Positions 24,910 to 39,198 of a stretch of 64,000 nt of DNA are shown here, one piece after another. The translations under genes and the position numbers were made by a program. The stretch comes from Eledone cirrhosa. Lineage: Eukaryota. Every line of letters begins with the position of its first letter. Position 1 is the first letter of the stretch. The DNA lies in assembly GCA_964016885.1 (NCBI GenBank), contig OZ024743.1, positions 162,192,001 to 162,256,000 on the forward strand. The letters are read 5' to 3'. A model generated the notes under the pieces. It did not search any database and was not told where the DNA came from. It saw only the letters and a list, made by a program, of their open reading frames with translations.

Positions 24910-25690
24910 CAGGGGCTCTCAACCTTTTTTTCGCTGTGGACCACCAAAATAAGTAATTTTTTCCTGTGGACCACCTAAACTTTTAAATATTTTGTAATAG
25001 AACTGCTACTTATAAGCATCAGTAGATGTTTTTTTTTTTCAATGAATTAGAAAATGCTATTATCATGTCGTAGGGCCTAAAAATCTACGCAAATAAACAG
25101 CTGAAGTCGTACTTATGCGAAGAATAAGAACAGCGCTTTAAGTCAAATGCATGGATCAAAAAAGAATTTTCTATTGCACCAAACAACGCATAACTTATTC
25201 GTTATTAATTTTAATTTTTTCGATTTCATATCTCAGCGACAAATATGAAGCATTGATGTTGAGAATAAGTTTCTATTTCTAATTGGTAAGATCGATTTGA
25301 TTGGTCAATACCATTTTCCTTTTGCAATGAAAGTTCCTTTTTTGTTCCTCTAAGGGACATGTTTTAAGCACCAAGACGACACAGAACAAACAAATGAGAA
25401 GACCAATAAGAAAACCAATTTGAAAATGTCTATTTTTTCAATAAAGCTTTATTTGATAGAATCAAGTAGAAAAAGGTTACTGAGTCCTGGAAAACACTCC
25501 CTAATCGGAAAGCGTGCTCTCAAGTACATTCACAGGTGCGAGGTGTGATGGGGCATGTTTCGTTTGTGTGACGTGTGCGTGTACGGAAGAATTTAAATTT
25601 TTCAGGTGGTCCACAGAAAATTTTCTGTGGACCACCTGAATTTTCCTGTGGACCACTAGTGGTCCACAAGGACCAGGTTGAGAACCACTG
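24910..25690. mobile_element. Non-autonomous hAT (Charlie/Buster-type) DNA transposon
   Basis: TIRs are CAGGGGCTCTCAACCT and AGGTTGAGAACCACTG. There is a perfect 8-bp TSD ATGTAGAC (24902-24909, 25691-25698) with central TA, plus subterminal tgtggaccac repeats. Confidence 0.93.
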
Positions 25691-27232
25691 ATGTAGACGA
25701 CTGTGTAGTGAAGTGTACGGCAATCACAGCACTACGTGTTCTATTTTCATATGAAGGTGAGGTGGGGGATCTTAGGTTCAATCTTCCTGTCTTTAGCAGA
25801 AACTCTACTTTTTTATGGAGCCCTTTTACATGCGAATTGTCTTAACCATATAGTAAGCGACTTAAAAAAGAGTAAGTGACTAGTGAATTGAATAGCTGGC
25901 GCATGTTCGATCCCTCAATACATTTAATCTTGGTACCTTTTGATATGTGCCTGCAATTATTTAACTAATATAGCGAGACGCCAATGAATAAGTAAATGTT
26001 ATGGAATATGATTTAGAATTAATCAATTGCGAATTAAGTGTCTTTTTCAAGGACATAAAACATTATGATTCATTTACTGTTATTTAGTTGAAGATTGTTG
26101 AAGTCAAGACATTTGATGCCCAGCTTATAACCTCTTGTATGTCTGCAAGGAAATTGTGAATAAAATGAGCATTCCAGAGTATTCTAAGATAATTTGGAAA
26201 AGTGGAGCTGTTTTTATTGTTCTAGCTATTGCTAATGTTGTTGTTTAGCTCCATATGAACTCCCATTGACCAAAGATGTTCCAGCTGTGACCACCTTTTA
26301 TTCAGATATACTGTGTGACTTCCTCATTTTAAGATGATAGAGTGCAATTTAAATGAAATGTTATTGCTATTTCTATCAGGTCGAGTAGTAAGTGGTGGTT
26401 TGGAAGTTGGGAAAATGTAGTCTGTAAATACAAATGAAGAGTTCGGCATTTTGAAACATCATTGTGTTAATAAAATGGCGCTGTAACATAGAAAACAACC
26501 GATGCAAGGTAAGTGTTCATTAAGTAATCAATATGCCTTTATTGCCAAACTCTACTTTTTCTTGTAGGTGTTCAAACAGAACATCAACTATTTCAGTCTT
26601 ACAAATCTGGGAGAGCCTGAAAAAGTCATGAGTACTCTATCTCTTCCTTTAAATAGCTTATTTTAAAAACTCAAATATAGTACAGATCAATCTTTAAAGA
26701 GCCTATGTGTTCAAGTGAAAAAGAACCCCACATCTTAATCAGAATCTTCTAGTTTGTTCCCTATGGATGTCGGTGTGTTATATAACAAGAAGATTTAAGG
26801 ACCTCACCTTCCTCTATAAAGAAGTAAAGAAAACAAGAAGAATGGCTCGATGGGGGTACCGTGCTGAACTAACGGCTTTGCTATTTTAGTATTTGGTGTT
26901 GGAGCTGTCGGTGTCGTTAAGCCCCAGATCAGCTCAGTCGTATTTGTTAGGCCCTGGAATGTATGTATCTTATATTAATTTGACTGTTGTTTCTGGCAGA
27001 TTACATAAAGAGTTCCTTTGAATGTTCTTAAATTTTTAATAGTGTTAGACATTGATTTCTCTTCTAAAAATGTAAACAAACAAAAATAAACATGGAATAT
27101 ATATAAACACGTTTCAACAACGTAAATAAACATCTAAAATTCTGGCTTCATTAAAGTGATAAAAGACGAATATTTTTTAGAGGCGGCCAAGTTTTGTAGC
27201 TTAGAAAAAGAGCAAACCTTTTCTTACGCACA

Positions 27233-27339
<107 letters not shown>

Positions 27340-27649
27340 TCTTTGTTTTACAAATGAGGAAAAAAAGAACTCTATACATATTATAGAGTATAATTATTTA
27401 TTTATTCACAGCTGGCACTCCGCTCCGTCGCTACTAGGAAATTTCCTCACTTCACTATTTAAGTGCAATTATTTGGTGAAAACACCACCTGAATGAACAC
27501 AAGCAATTGTAACAAATACAGTGCACACCACAAAACAAAGCTGCATAGGAAAATACCAGTAAACAATGCATTAATATTAACAGAATTCCTCACAAAAATA
27601 GACTGTACCGAAATAACAATACAGTGTTAAGACACCTAGGCCTAAAGAT

Positions 27650-28975
27650 CAACCCACCTCAGTCTAATGTCGTCAATGTGAGCTACAGCGAAGTAGAATT
27701 CAAAGACACCGTACTCAAGATCTAGCCTGAGTGGGGATCGGCTAACCCCGAAGGACCCCCGTCGGCATTCTTGCCTCTCCAATTCTCTTGAAAACCATAC
27801 GTGAGTGCCTGGAAATCAAGCAAGCAGATTTGACGAGGATGACGGAGAGATTGCACCTCATCAATGCGCACCAGGCCCTCTTCCTTAGGAACTGTTTCGC
27901 TCTCTCCAAAATCTTCTTCACGCTACGTGGTGTGCCTTGCCACGCTCTAACAGATCGCTTCGTCAAACCCGATGCCTCAATTCGCCGTGGTGATGAACTC
28001 ATCTGCAATATTTGCTTTGACAGCGTTGGCTGGCAACAGGCGAAACTCCCTGTGAGATTCGGTGGCCTCGACCTCCGATCCATTCTTGACTTGGCACTGC
28101 TGGTCTATCTCTCCTCAATCTCTTCCAACGGCACCCTCATCAACGAGATTCTCAAAAAGACGACAGTACCTGGCATGGCTGGGGAGCTGGAATCAGTTCT
28201 GGATGATTGGACAGATAAAGGTCTTGCCCCCCTCCCTCCCCCAGTGTACCGATCTCTAACATAACTGGGAGGACATCAAGTGCATGTCCACCTTCAGGCG
28301 GACCGAGTCTTCCTTTCACTAACACCATCACGCCTGCCTACGCTCCGCCTCGCAACCAAACAATGGCGCTTGGCTCAATTCAGTGCCTTCCTCATCAACC
28401 GGGATCCTTCTTGATGACGAGTGCATCCGTATTAGAATGGCACAGCACCTCGGCCTCTGTGTGTGTGAGCCACAGAAATGCCGTTTTGAAGCAGTTGTTG
28501 AGTTCGGCGTGCACCCGTTATCTTGCCGCCTTAATGCAGATCGGCTTCCCGACACGCCGCTCAGAACGACATCATCTGAAGGATCCTCGATGCAACCGGT
28601 TTCCCGTCACAACTGCAGCCGACTGGCCTCGACCGTGCCGACGGCTAGTGCCCCGGCGGATTAACCCTCTACTCTTTCCTGGGAGGCAACTACCTAATTT
28701 GGGACGCTACGTACTTCACTTCCAGCCTTATCTCTTCGGTCACAAACCCAGGTTCCGCTGCCCGCAATACAGAGGAGAGGAAGATAGCTAAATACCATGA
28801 CCTGACCGACCGATTCCTATTTGTACCGGTCTCCGTCAAGACCTCTATTCTCCTTGGTCCCCGTAATGCTGATTTCATCCGTAAAATCGGAAAGACAGCA
28901 TCCCACTAGAGGAAGGAGCCCCGTGAGGTGGGGTTGCTGTTACAATGGGTGTCTCTGGCCATTCTATGGAGGGAG
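27650..28975 (+). mobile_element. CRE-clade (RLE) non-LTR retrotransposon, 5'-truncated, diverged subfamily
   Basis: Contains LFLRNCFALSK, WQQAKLPVRFGGLDLRS, GAWLNSVPSSSTG, CEPQKC and HPLSC. It is colinear with 47100-48420. Confidence 0.8.
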
Positions 28976-29856
28976 TGTGGTGTACTGGTGTGTGTGTAGT
29001 TTGATGAAGGTACGTGTGCGTGGGGTTGGGGGGTGTTAGTGATGTTAGTTGCGTGTGGGGTGGGTGGTGTAAGTGGGTGCGTGTGTTTGTGTGCTTGGGG
29101 TTAGGGGGTGTTAGTGAGGTTAGTTGCGGTGTGGTGGGATGGAGGTGTGGGGGTGAGAGGTGTGAGGGTGAGGGTTAGTGGTGGTAGTAGGGTGTGTGTT
29201 TAGTGTGAGCGCGTGTATATATGTGCCGGTGGGTGTGTGCGTGTGATAAGGAGGGGGGAGGAGGAGAAGAAGGGTCTAGACCAGACGAATTTGATTTATT
29301 TTTTTCGACATTTCAATTTAACCCTTGGCCTCTTTTCAAACACAAATTGCCTACCTTTGGTTTTGTTTTGATTGTTACCCCCTTTTCATTTACAATATTT
29401 AGGTATTTGTCTTGTCTACTAATAGATGATTTCTGGATTACCTGCCCTTAGAAGTCTCATATACTTTCTAAAATCTCCACGGATAGAAGCCATTTTCCTT
29501 TTTATGACAGGCTGAATGAGTAAACAATTCAATGAAGCTTAAGTATATGTCAATGTTGTAACTAATTACACTTAACTCGTCCTATGGACTGAGTGCTCTA
29601 AGCCCCTAGATATTTATACCGAATTTGTACTACAGTAATACACAAACACACACACACATATATATATAAATTTTGGGAGAAACGGGGAGCTATGTGCGTC
29701 AATAACTCGTGGAAGTTATTGGGGGAAAAGGGAGAGGGAAAAAAATCAATCAGAAGGGAAAAAACGCTGAGAACAAACCGAAAAAGAGAAGAACACGAGA
29801 AGAACATGTATGCATATAAGTAACCAAGAGAGAGAGAGCGAGAGCGAGAGAGAGAG

Positions 29857-29924
<68 letters not shown>

Positions 29925-30464
29925 ACTGAACATAAGTCCGAGGTTTTTGTTGTTGACGGCAAATTAGGGAGCGCGAAGAAAAACACGCCTGACCTCGGCA
30001 AGAATAGGCGAAAAGAGGCAGAGACGAGAGAAAAACGGAAGCAGCAGGGGAGCAGAGAGAAAGGGAGTAAAAGTGAGAGGGAGAGAGGGGAAGCAGAGAG
30101 AGGCGGTGGGAGAGAGTGGGGGAAGAAAAAACAGGTCACAGCAAAAAGTTAATACAAATTTTGGGAGAATATGTATGTATGTATATGTGTGTGTGTGTAT
30201 GTATATGTATATATGTGAGTGTGCGTGTGTGTGTGACTGGTTACGCAAACGAGAGAAGCAAAATTCAATACATATTATAGGCCCTTCGGTACAATCAAAC
30301 CTGAATAATTTTTCAGCTGTCTGGTACTTTATTTTATTGACCATCGAATGATGAAATACAAAGGCGAGAATAGCGCGATTTGAACTCAGAATGTAAAGAG
30401 ACGAAAAAATGTTGCAAAGCCTTTCGGCCGGCACTCTTACGATTCTGCCAATCCACTGTCCTTA

Positions 30465-31391
30465 TCTATATATCTAAAACAGAGAATGTCTGTCTGCCTG
30501 TCCCCCTAAAACTCGAGAACCACCCAACCGATCTTTTTTAAACTTTACACATGTAATACTTATGGTCGTGTGAGTATTTTGAGCAAATAATATTTCAAAT
30601 TTTCAAAGCCCTAGGAACCGCTTTAGGCGCTGGTTAGCGATCTCTCTCTCTCTCTCTCTTAGTCTGTCTTTTTAGATAGATACATAGCTATAACGTCGCG
30701 CCCTTATAATATATGTTTGTATGTCTGACTGTCTGCATTACGACATTATGAACACGTCTTCACGAACCAAAGTATCGTCTTCCTGTTTTCTTTCGTTTGC
30801 AACGCTTTTCGAAATATTTACTTCTGCGTTCACAGACTGATTTTTTTTAGTTTCACAAGATCCCGTTAAGGGTGAAAGCAGCGATTATTTGCTTAAACTT
30901 TAATTTGTTAATTTAATATATATATATATATAATTATATATTCTTGTTCAGATATGTTTGCATACACAAAAACAAAATATAAACAAACGTATTTATTTCA
31001 CGAAAGCACAGACGGTTTAGCGTCATTGTTACTGCCGATATGCCACCCAAAAAGTCCCACTACTTTTGGCACAAGGCCAGCAATTACATAGTCAACGGTT
31101 CGGAAATCACATACATCACTGATGAGTTTACTCCTTCCTCTACCAGTTAGTCTTAGTGTACTTCGTCCTGCTTTTAGTTCATGCCTCGAAGGAAGAGATA
31201 CTCCATTGGCCGAAATACTGCGAAAGCGGCAAGAAAAAGAACAAAGCGGGCAAACGAATCGGCAGTGGAATCTGCTATTCGACGGTCGCAAGGCCGAGGT
31301 ATTCCGTACTTCTCTGTACTGTTTCAGAAAGGAGGGATAAACATGCCAATCTATGTTTAGAATCCCAAGCAATGCCGAGCCATTCTGCTTG
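30465..31391 (+). mobile_element. Non-autonomous Helitron
   Basis: 5' end is A|TCTATATATCTAAAA...tgtctgtc. The 3' end is degenerate (cccaagcaatgccgagc...ctgcttg|t). 30755-31057 is homologous to the Helitron at 40203-41092. Confidence 0.7.
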
Positions 31392-31596
31392 TATGTACTA
31401 AAATAAAACTAGTAGTAGTATCCGACGTTGTTCGGATGATTCAGGCAGTGGATGATTTCTTAGAAAATAATAATTGCAATTCTGCATAAATATATTTGAA
31501 GTCTATATTCAATGTGAGTATGTGTGTGAGAGCGTGTGCCTGAATGTTCTTGCTTTTTGTCACTCCCTCTTTCTCCCCCACTCTCACTCACTCTTC

Positions 31597-31658
<62 letters not shown>

Positions 31659-32079
31659 ATCGTCTCGCTCTCTCCATCACTGCAAAACCAACTAAGCAAC
31701 AGCAACTAGTTTCTTCTGGTTTTCACCGATATGTCGAGAGTTTCTCCTCAGTTTTGCTCTATGGAAATATATAGTCGTGTATATCTACTATATACTATGA
31801 GGAACAGGGCCCGATTTCCTTCATTTGCATATCAATACTTTCGCTGGCAACGTAATATTTAACTAAAGCACCGAAAAAAACCTGCGTGTGGCTAAATTGT
31901 AACTAGGTTTACACACGTACGTTAATAAACATTCAAACCACGTTGTATAAATAGACATCGTGGATAAACCACAGGGTTTTCTCTGCAGAACGGACAAGCG
32001 AACAGCTCGATTGCACAAGTTTCATCTGTTTTTTGCTGACGTGACAAGCTGTAAGCTGTTTTATCTCTCTGGGAAGCGG

Positions 32080-32223
<144 letters not shown>

Positions 32224-33864
32224 TGCGCGCGCACGCGTGCGTGTGTGTGTATCTACATTACAAACTTCCTTCAATTATAAGTAGATTCCATCCTTTCCCA
32301 ACTTATACAGTTGGCATTCTGGCCAGAAACCAAATTTTTACAATTACACTATCCCCATTCTCTTAAGAATTCTTGGCTGTCATTTGCTGGATAACCAATG
32401 AGAGATATTCTCATAGCGAACTTGTTTCGAAAATATAATCTTATATTTTGTTGCTAAAAGCATATAAATTTCATGATAAAGTAGTTCATGGAGAGAAAAA
32501 GCAAAGAGCAAATTATTTTCTAGATTATTCGTAACAGTATCCCCTTTTTAATCATAAGATAAGTATCTCCAGTTGTTATAAAATGTTCTTGTTAAGTTGA
32601 ATTGGTAATATATACTTTTTAAAAACATTTCGTGTTACATCTACCACACACATAGGGATACACATACGCACGCATCTACCAGACACATTCTTTCTCACAT
32701 ACATTATTCTCTGCATTCAATAAAAAAGGCTGTTCGTTTCTATACTTTAATTAGTAGGAGGAGGTGCAAAAGGGACAGCGTACATGATTTTTGTGTTGCT
32801 TCTTATTTTGCCGTCTGTTGAGATTGATGTATTGTTTGAAGCTCTGTAGGTCGATGCTTGCTGACGAGAATTCCAACGAACTGAGGTTTTAGTGAAGAAT
32901 GACCGACAGGAGGCACAGGTGCACGCTCACATCACCCCATCCTTACATTTACATAAATACACATCTATACACACGCCAACACACACACACGCAGACATGC
33001 AGACATGCAGACATGCACACACTCTCACACACACACACACACATGCGCGCACATTGACATATTTATATAAAACCCCGAGAAAAGTATAAGTGTCCCATTA
33101 TCCAGCCTTTCATTGTATAAACAATTTAATCTTCTTAGAAAAAATGTCACAATTACAGCACACATACCAATGAAATATACCTTCAATCACCGTACTCAGA
33201 ACACACAGCTAAAACATGCAAACCACACATTACCAAATGACCTCATATGGTGACAAACATTAATGCGTGCATATATGCATGGTCCCGTAACTCCTGATGG
33301 CGTCGTAGGGGTGTCATAATGACTTTTCTAGGGCATTTTAAGCCTGGCAGAGCCCATCCCTTTCCAGGTCTGAATAACGCAGATTTCATCCAGAAATTGA
33401 GAGAAAGGAAGTGAGAAAGAAATGCAGAGGAAGAATCGACCCAGTACTAAACTGGTACTTTTTTATCAACCTTGAAAAGATGAAAGGCAAAAGTGACCTC
33501 GGCGGGATTTGAACTCAAAGAAAAGAAAGCCAGAACAAATACCATAAAGTAACAACTCTGTCATTTCGCCGCCACACAAACATCGATAACATTACCTAAA
33601 TTCATTCTAAATGCTAAACTCTCTTTGTCCAAAAGTACTTCTGCTATGATCAATTCTGACTCATAACAATGCTCACATGCACCCCATACTACATTACTTC
33701 TCATATATCTAAGATAATGCAGCCATTACTCTACATCCATAAGCAGTTTAATCACAACCTAAAAATGACATTTGATTGACAAGAAAATCTTCACTCACCA
33801 ACCTTTTGCCATCACTTTCATAGCAATACTAGGTATTTTAGCTCCCCTATAAGTGTCACTGCAT

Positions 33865-33995
33865 CCCATTTGCTCATAATACAGAGATATGGGGAGGACG
33901 AGAGAGATGGAGGGGATGACAGTGAGAGTTTGGCTCTTCCGTGTTCGGACACATTGTACCTGTCATGTGGATCATGTGATATTTTTCTTGCTGTG
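33865..33995 (+). mobile_element. Probable solo 3' end of the CRE element
   Basis: cccatttgctcataata...ggggagg..gagagagatg..ttcttgctgt matches 38965-39095, which directly follows the CRE ORF at 37.5-39 kb. Confidence 0.55.
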
Positions 33996-34234
33996 TACCA
34001 CTATCACCCTACCGAACTATGTAGCGTCCCCGCTTAATCTACTTGTAGAGAAATCAATTCTTATGTTTCTTCCTCTCCTACAGTTTATAACTCATTGACA
34101 GGCTATGTTTCCTCAATCACATGACTGAAGCAAACAGAGAATGCAAACCTTCTATAGAATCCATTCTCTATACCACAATGGCAGCGTTCCATAGATTCTG
34201 AAACCCATCAGTTTCTTTTTAATAATTATTTCCA

Positions 34235-34580
34235 ATATCAACACAAGGCCAGCAACTTGCGGGGTGGGGGAGTCAATTATATTCGATCCAGTACTTCACT
34301 GGTACTTTATTTTATCGACTCCAGAAGGATGAAATGCAAAGTTGGTTAAGATGAGATTTGAATTCAGAATGTCAAGGGCCGTAACTAAATGCCGCAAAGC
34401 TTTTCGTCCGATGTTCAAACAACTCAGCCAATCCATCGCCATACAACCTTCTTTTAATAATTATTTCTAATATTGACACAAGGTCAGCGATTTGAGAAGG
34501 GAAGTACTTTATTTTATCGACAGAAAGATGAAAGCCAAAGTTGACCTCGGGATTTTAACTCAGAACTTGAAGGGACGTGA
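34235..34580 (-). mobile_element. Two tandem SINE copies (further copies or tails at 30320-30460, 35380-35440, 35620-35790, 41735-41820, 63575-63632)
   Basis: Contains cacaaggccagc, ctggtactttattttatcgac, gatgaaa.gcaaagttg and gatttgaa.tcagaa motifs of the dominant SINE. Confidence 0.75.
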
Positions 34581-34927
34581 CCAGAAACTCTATCTATTAT
34601 ACCACTTGAAACACTATTGAAAACTTGGATCTACTGTCCCCTTTCAGGAGTATAGAGTAATTATATATATTTTTATATTACATAATATAATTTGATAATC
34701 ACAGTAACCCTCTGTCTGAAGAATAATGGATTATTGATTTAAACACCAATGGTACGCTTCTATAGCATAGTGATGTGAGATTGGCAAAAACAATCGTTCG
34801 TTCAGTTAAGGTAGCTAAAATAAAATTAGGTGTAACTCACATTGATAACACTATTTATACAGACACACACACATACACACACACGCGCGCGTAGCAATCG
34901 TTTTGTTAACTTGCGAAATTAAATTGA

Positions 34928-35531
34928 CTAGCAGAAAAACCACCCTTCGGGTGGTTTTCTGCTAGATGTGTAGTGTGTATATTGATGTTATACGCAGGTA
35001 TATATACATGTAGATATGATATATCAAATAAAATCGTTATTGACAATATACACAGAAATTGAACGAAGACTGCGTTACACTGTCTTGGGTAATCCATGAT
35101 ACATTTAAAAAAAGACGATATTATATATAAACTGCATTAGGAGAAAATTAGTGACAGAAAATTAGTATGTTTATTTAAGCGATCGCCACCGGAAGTGTTT
35201 ACATAATACACTCTCTCTTTCTATATATATGGTAATTGAAGTGATGGTGGTGGCGACGATATAGCGGAAGTGCAAATTTGAAAAGAAGTCAATTTTAAAT
35301 TATTTATTTTTACGAAATTATTTTTGTTTACGAAATTTAGTAGATATATTATGTAATATTCATTCATTATTTATTCAAAGTAAAGTACCAGTAATGCACT
35401 GAGTAATTGCTGGCCTTGTGCCAAAAGTAGAAACAATTATTTATTCAAAGTAATCCAACTTATTTTACTAACGGGATAAAAAAAAATAAACTGTACGCAG
35501 TCCCGCAGACCTTCCTTTATTATAGTTTAGA
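34928..35531 (-). mobile_element. Non-autonomous Helitron
   Basis: Minus strand starts A|TCTAAACTATAATAAAGG at 35531 and ends with a GC hairpin plus CTAG|T at 34928. It is inserted between A and T. Confidence 0.65.
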
Positions 35532-36652
35532 TTTCCTGTTGTCTAATTGTGCTGTGGTAAACATGCTAACACTTCGATATAATTTGAGATCGAAAAGAAA
35601 AACAAATGAAGGTTTCTGATTTAGGCACAAGACCAACGATTTGACGGGAAGTCGATTAAATCGACCCCAATGCGTTACTGGTACTTTATTTTATAGACCC
35701 CGTAAGGATGAAAGGCGAATCAAGCATCTGCGGGATTTGAACTCAGAACTATTTGCCACAAAGCTCGTCCGACGCTCTACCAATACTGCCAATATACCAA
35801 TGAACTCAGATCTATCCTGTCAGAGGAATTGTTATTGTTATTTGTTCACTTTGATCAAGGCTGGATTAACCTTTGAACAAAACATGTGCTTGTACATGAT
35901 ATCAAAGGAAAAGGGTACCAGTGCAAGATTTAACATGGTATAAATGATATAAATGGTCAATTATAAAAGAAATAGGCAACAAAATACCAGATTATACACA
36001 CATGATTAACGGAAGTGTGTTTACACGGGTGTAGAATATCTGACGAAATATTCTGTCAATTAGTTTTCAACGTCACCCCCAAACTTAGTGACCAATCACT
36101 TGGCCTGGAACTTTTAGTTGAGAAAAATCTGAGCGATAATTATTAAAAAACCTTATATTTATGTAAGTGTTGATTGCTCTCTCAGCTAAGTCACGAAGTA
36201 AAACTTTAGATCACAATTTAATATAAAAATCGTTAAAAATACGTAAAGATAAAATACCTTATTTTACGTAAACATAAAATACCTTGTGATTTTGTCAATA
36301 ACTTGGATTTAAGGATCATTAATTTATTTATTTCGACTAAATATTTCATTTGGCGTTTTTCTTTTCATTCAACACAAAAAGCTGAACTCTACTGAAAAAA
36401 ATATAATCTATATTATCAATAATAGAAGAACAAGAAGGCAACTAATAGGATTGATTTCTAGCACCTGTTACACTGGAACATCTAATCATAGCATTGCTTC
36501 ACACAATATATATGAAGATGTAGGCGATGGTGGCGGTACAGGTATGCTGCTACAGAATAATACTTTAGTTAAGATATTCGCAGTAAGGTTTGTTATTTTT
36601 TATTTATTGAAATTTGTTGCATTCCTGGGTTAGCTTCAGCCGCAGTAATAGC

Positions 36653-36692
<40 letters not shown>

Positions 36693-36873
36693 GCACGCAC
36701 ACACACACACTCATATATATATGTATGTATAGGTATGTGTGTGTGTGTGTGTGTGTGTGTGCGTTTGATTATCCAGTGGTGAACTACTAAACTTAAATAA
36801 ACATATATATATATAAACACTAGCTTACTAACGATATATATATATATATATTTTTTTTTTTTTCATTTTTTCC

Positions 36874-36919
<46 letters not shown>

Positions 36920-36942
36920 TTATATATCGTTAGTAAGCTAGT

Positions 36943-36984
<42 letters not shown>

Positions 36985-37007
36985 TTATATATCGTTAGTA
37001 AGCTAGT

Positions 37008-37067
<60 letters not shown>

Positions 37068-37499
37068 TTATATATATATGCTTATATATCGTTAGTAAGC
37101 TAGTGTTTATACTCTTCTCTCTATTAACACACGCAATAGAGATATCTGTCAGCGGTGGGCGGGGGACTTCAGAACAGAAAACGAAGGTCGAGGCGAGGTG
37201 GGGGGAAGGATTTTTAGTTCTATAGACGAACGTACCTGAGGTTGGAGCACGAGCTGTAAATTAGGGTAGAGGTTATGCGTGTTGTAGATCAGCAGTTAGT
37301 TTGAAGGAGAAACTGAGATTTAGAATAACAAAGGGTAAAGTGTATGTTAGACAAGTGCCACTTCAAACTCATTAAACAAAAGATGTACTGTTGTTTTTCC
37401 GAACATACTGACTTTAAAGCGTCAAAAAGATTCTTCACTGAGCTTAATCCTCTATTCTTTGGTTTCTATCAAAACGTTCCAAGAAATCAACGAGCAAAG

Positions 37500-39095
37500 G
37501 ATATCACGGCCCCTTTCGACGTTTGGTACCTGGATGATGCTAGGTCGGGCGGGCCCGTGGAGACAGTCTGCCACAACCTACAATCGGTGGGTCCTGCTCT
37601 GGCGGGAATCGGCTTCCAGGTCAACTCGTCCAAATCGGAGGTGGTGAATGTCAACCACGAAGCTGAGAGCTTTGCAGCGTCCGTCTAGACGTGCGGTCTA
37701 TTCTCCTCCAGATACAGGTGACCCCTAAAGAGGATGTCCTCATCCTCGAGTCACGGATCCACCCACCAGCCATCCGCTCCAACATCAGGTCTAGGCTCCA
37801 GAAACTCAAGGCCCTCACGAGCCGACTGGGCATGATTGACGGCCACCCAGCCCTCTTCCTGTTGAAGAACTGCTCGCCATGCTGAAGCTCCTCTATACTT
37901 TTCGTAGCGCCCCGTGCTAAAGCCACGCATCTCTCTTTACTGACCTCGATACTTGTATCCGAGCGGCAGCCGAGGAGATATGCAACGTCAGGTTTGACGA
38001 CATTGGATGGCAACAAGCCATCTTACCTGTTAGATATGGTGGCCCCGACCTCCGGTCTCCGATCTCGCTGGCTTTGCCTGCGTTTCTTTCGTCGGTAACC
38101 TCATGCCGCGTCTTCATCAAACACAATGGAACCCACTGTGATCGAAGAACGTGAGGCCGCATGTGAGACGTGGAAATGGCTGGGACTTAACCCAGTAAAC
38201 CTCCCTTCCCCTTCTCCCTCTGCTGAAGTAAAGTCCCCCTAGAGTATTTGGGATACCATCCAGTGCGACCAGGTCTCTACCAACACCGCCTTGCATGTTT
38301 TCGTGTGGCCTCACAACTCCACAGTGGTGCTTGGCTCCATGCCTTACCCTCCTTCTCCACTGGCACGCAGCTGGACAATCATAGCCTGCGCATCGGGGTT
38401 TCCTTGAGGCTTGGCCTCCGGATCTGCGAACCACACAAATGTCGTTGCGGATCCACCCTGGGCTCTTTCGGACTCCACCCGCTTTCCTGTCGCTACAGTG
38501 CCGCCTTCCGCGCCATGCTGCCCTCAACGAGGTCATAAAGCATGGCTTCCCCTCTCAGCTCGAGCCGGGGGGCTGGACCGAGGGGATGGCAAAAGGCCAG
38601 ACGGTATGACCATCTTCCCGTTCCGCGGTGTTAAACGCCTCGTCTGGGATGCCACTTGCAGCGACACTTTCTCCAGCGGCAACCTGGTGCAGTCTGCGAC
38701 TAACTCAAGCTCTGCTGCACTTCGGGATAAGTATCAGTCGCTCACCGACAGGTTTGCAGTCAAGCCCCTAGCAGTGGAGACTTCGAGTGTTCTTGGTTCT
38801 AGGGATACCCTCCTACTTACCACCATAGGCGCTAAGCTGGCTAGCCGCAAGTGTGAGCCTCGCGAGATGGAATGGTTCTTCTAGCACATCTCCCTTACCA
38901 TCCTCCAGGGAAACGCCTTCTCCATTCTGTCCACCGGGGCCGTGGGGCGGCCAGCACATGGGACCCCATTTGCTCATAATAGAGAATGATGGGGAGGGCG
39001 AGAGAGATGAAGGCAATGATAGTGCGAGTCCGGATCTTCTGTGTTTGGACCTGGTGTGCCGCGTCAGTGAGTGAAGTGCTATTTTTTGTGCTGTT
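37500..39095 (+). mobile_element. CRE-clade non-LTR retrotransposon, 5'-truncated at the RT catalytic motif
   Basis: It begins at ITAPFDVWYLDD, is highly similar to 46979-48465, and has the RLE motif GDGKRPDGMTIFPF..LVWDATCSDTF. Several stops and frameshifts are present. Confidence 0.9.
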
Positions 39096-39198
39096 TATGA
39101 CAAGAGGTAATCGTTCACTACAACTCTATACATATACTCAACATTCTGCCAATTAGATTTCTTTGGTATTCACATCATTATTACATCTGCGCCTCTTA

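Noticed and set aside
29923-30140. Protein-like open frame / CpG-containing segment after (GA)n
   Set aside because: No start codon, splice signals or recognisable homology; purine-rich low complexity explains the lack of stops.
31099-31230. CTGATGAG at ~31119 as a hammerhead core
   Set aside because: No GAAA with compatible stems II and III.
34928-34965. Bacterial rho-independent terminator
   Set aside because: The context is eukaryotic and the position matches a Helitron 3' end.
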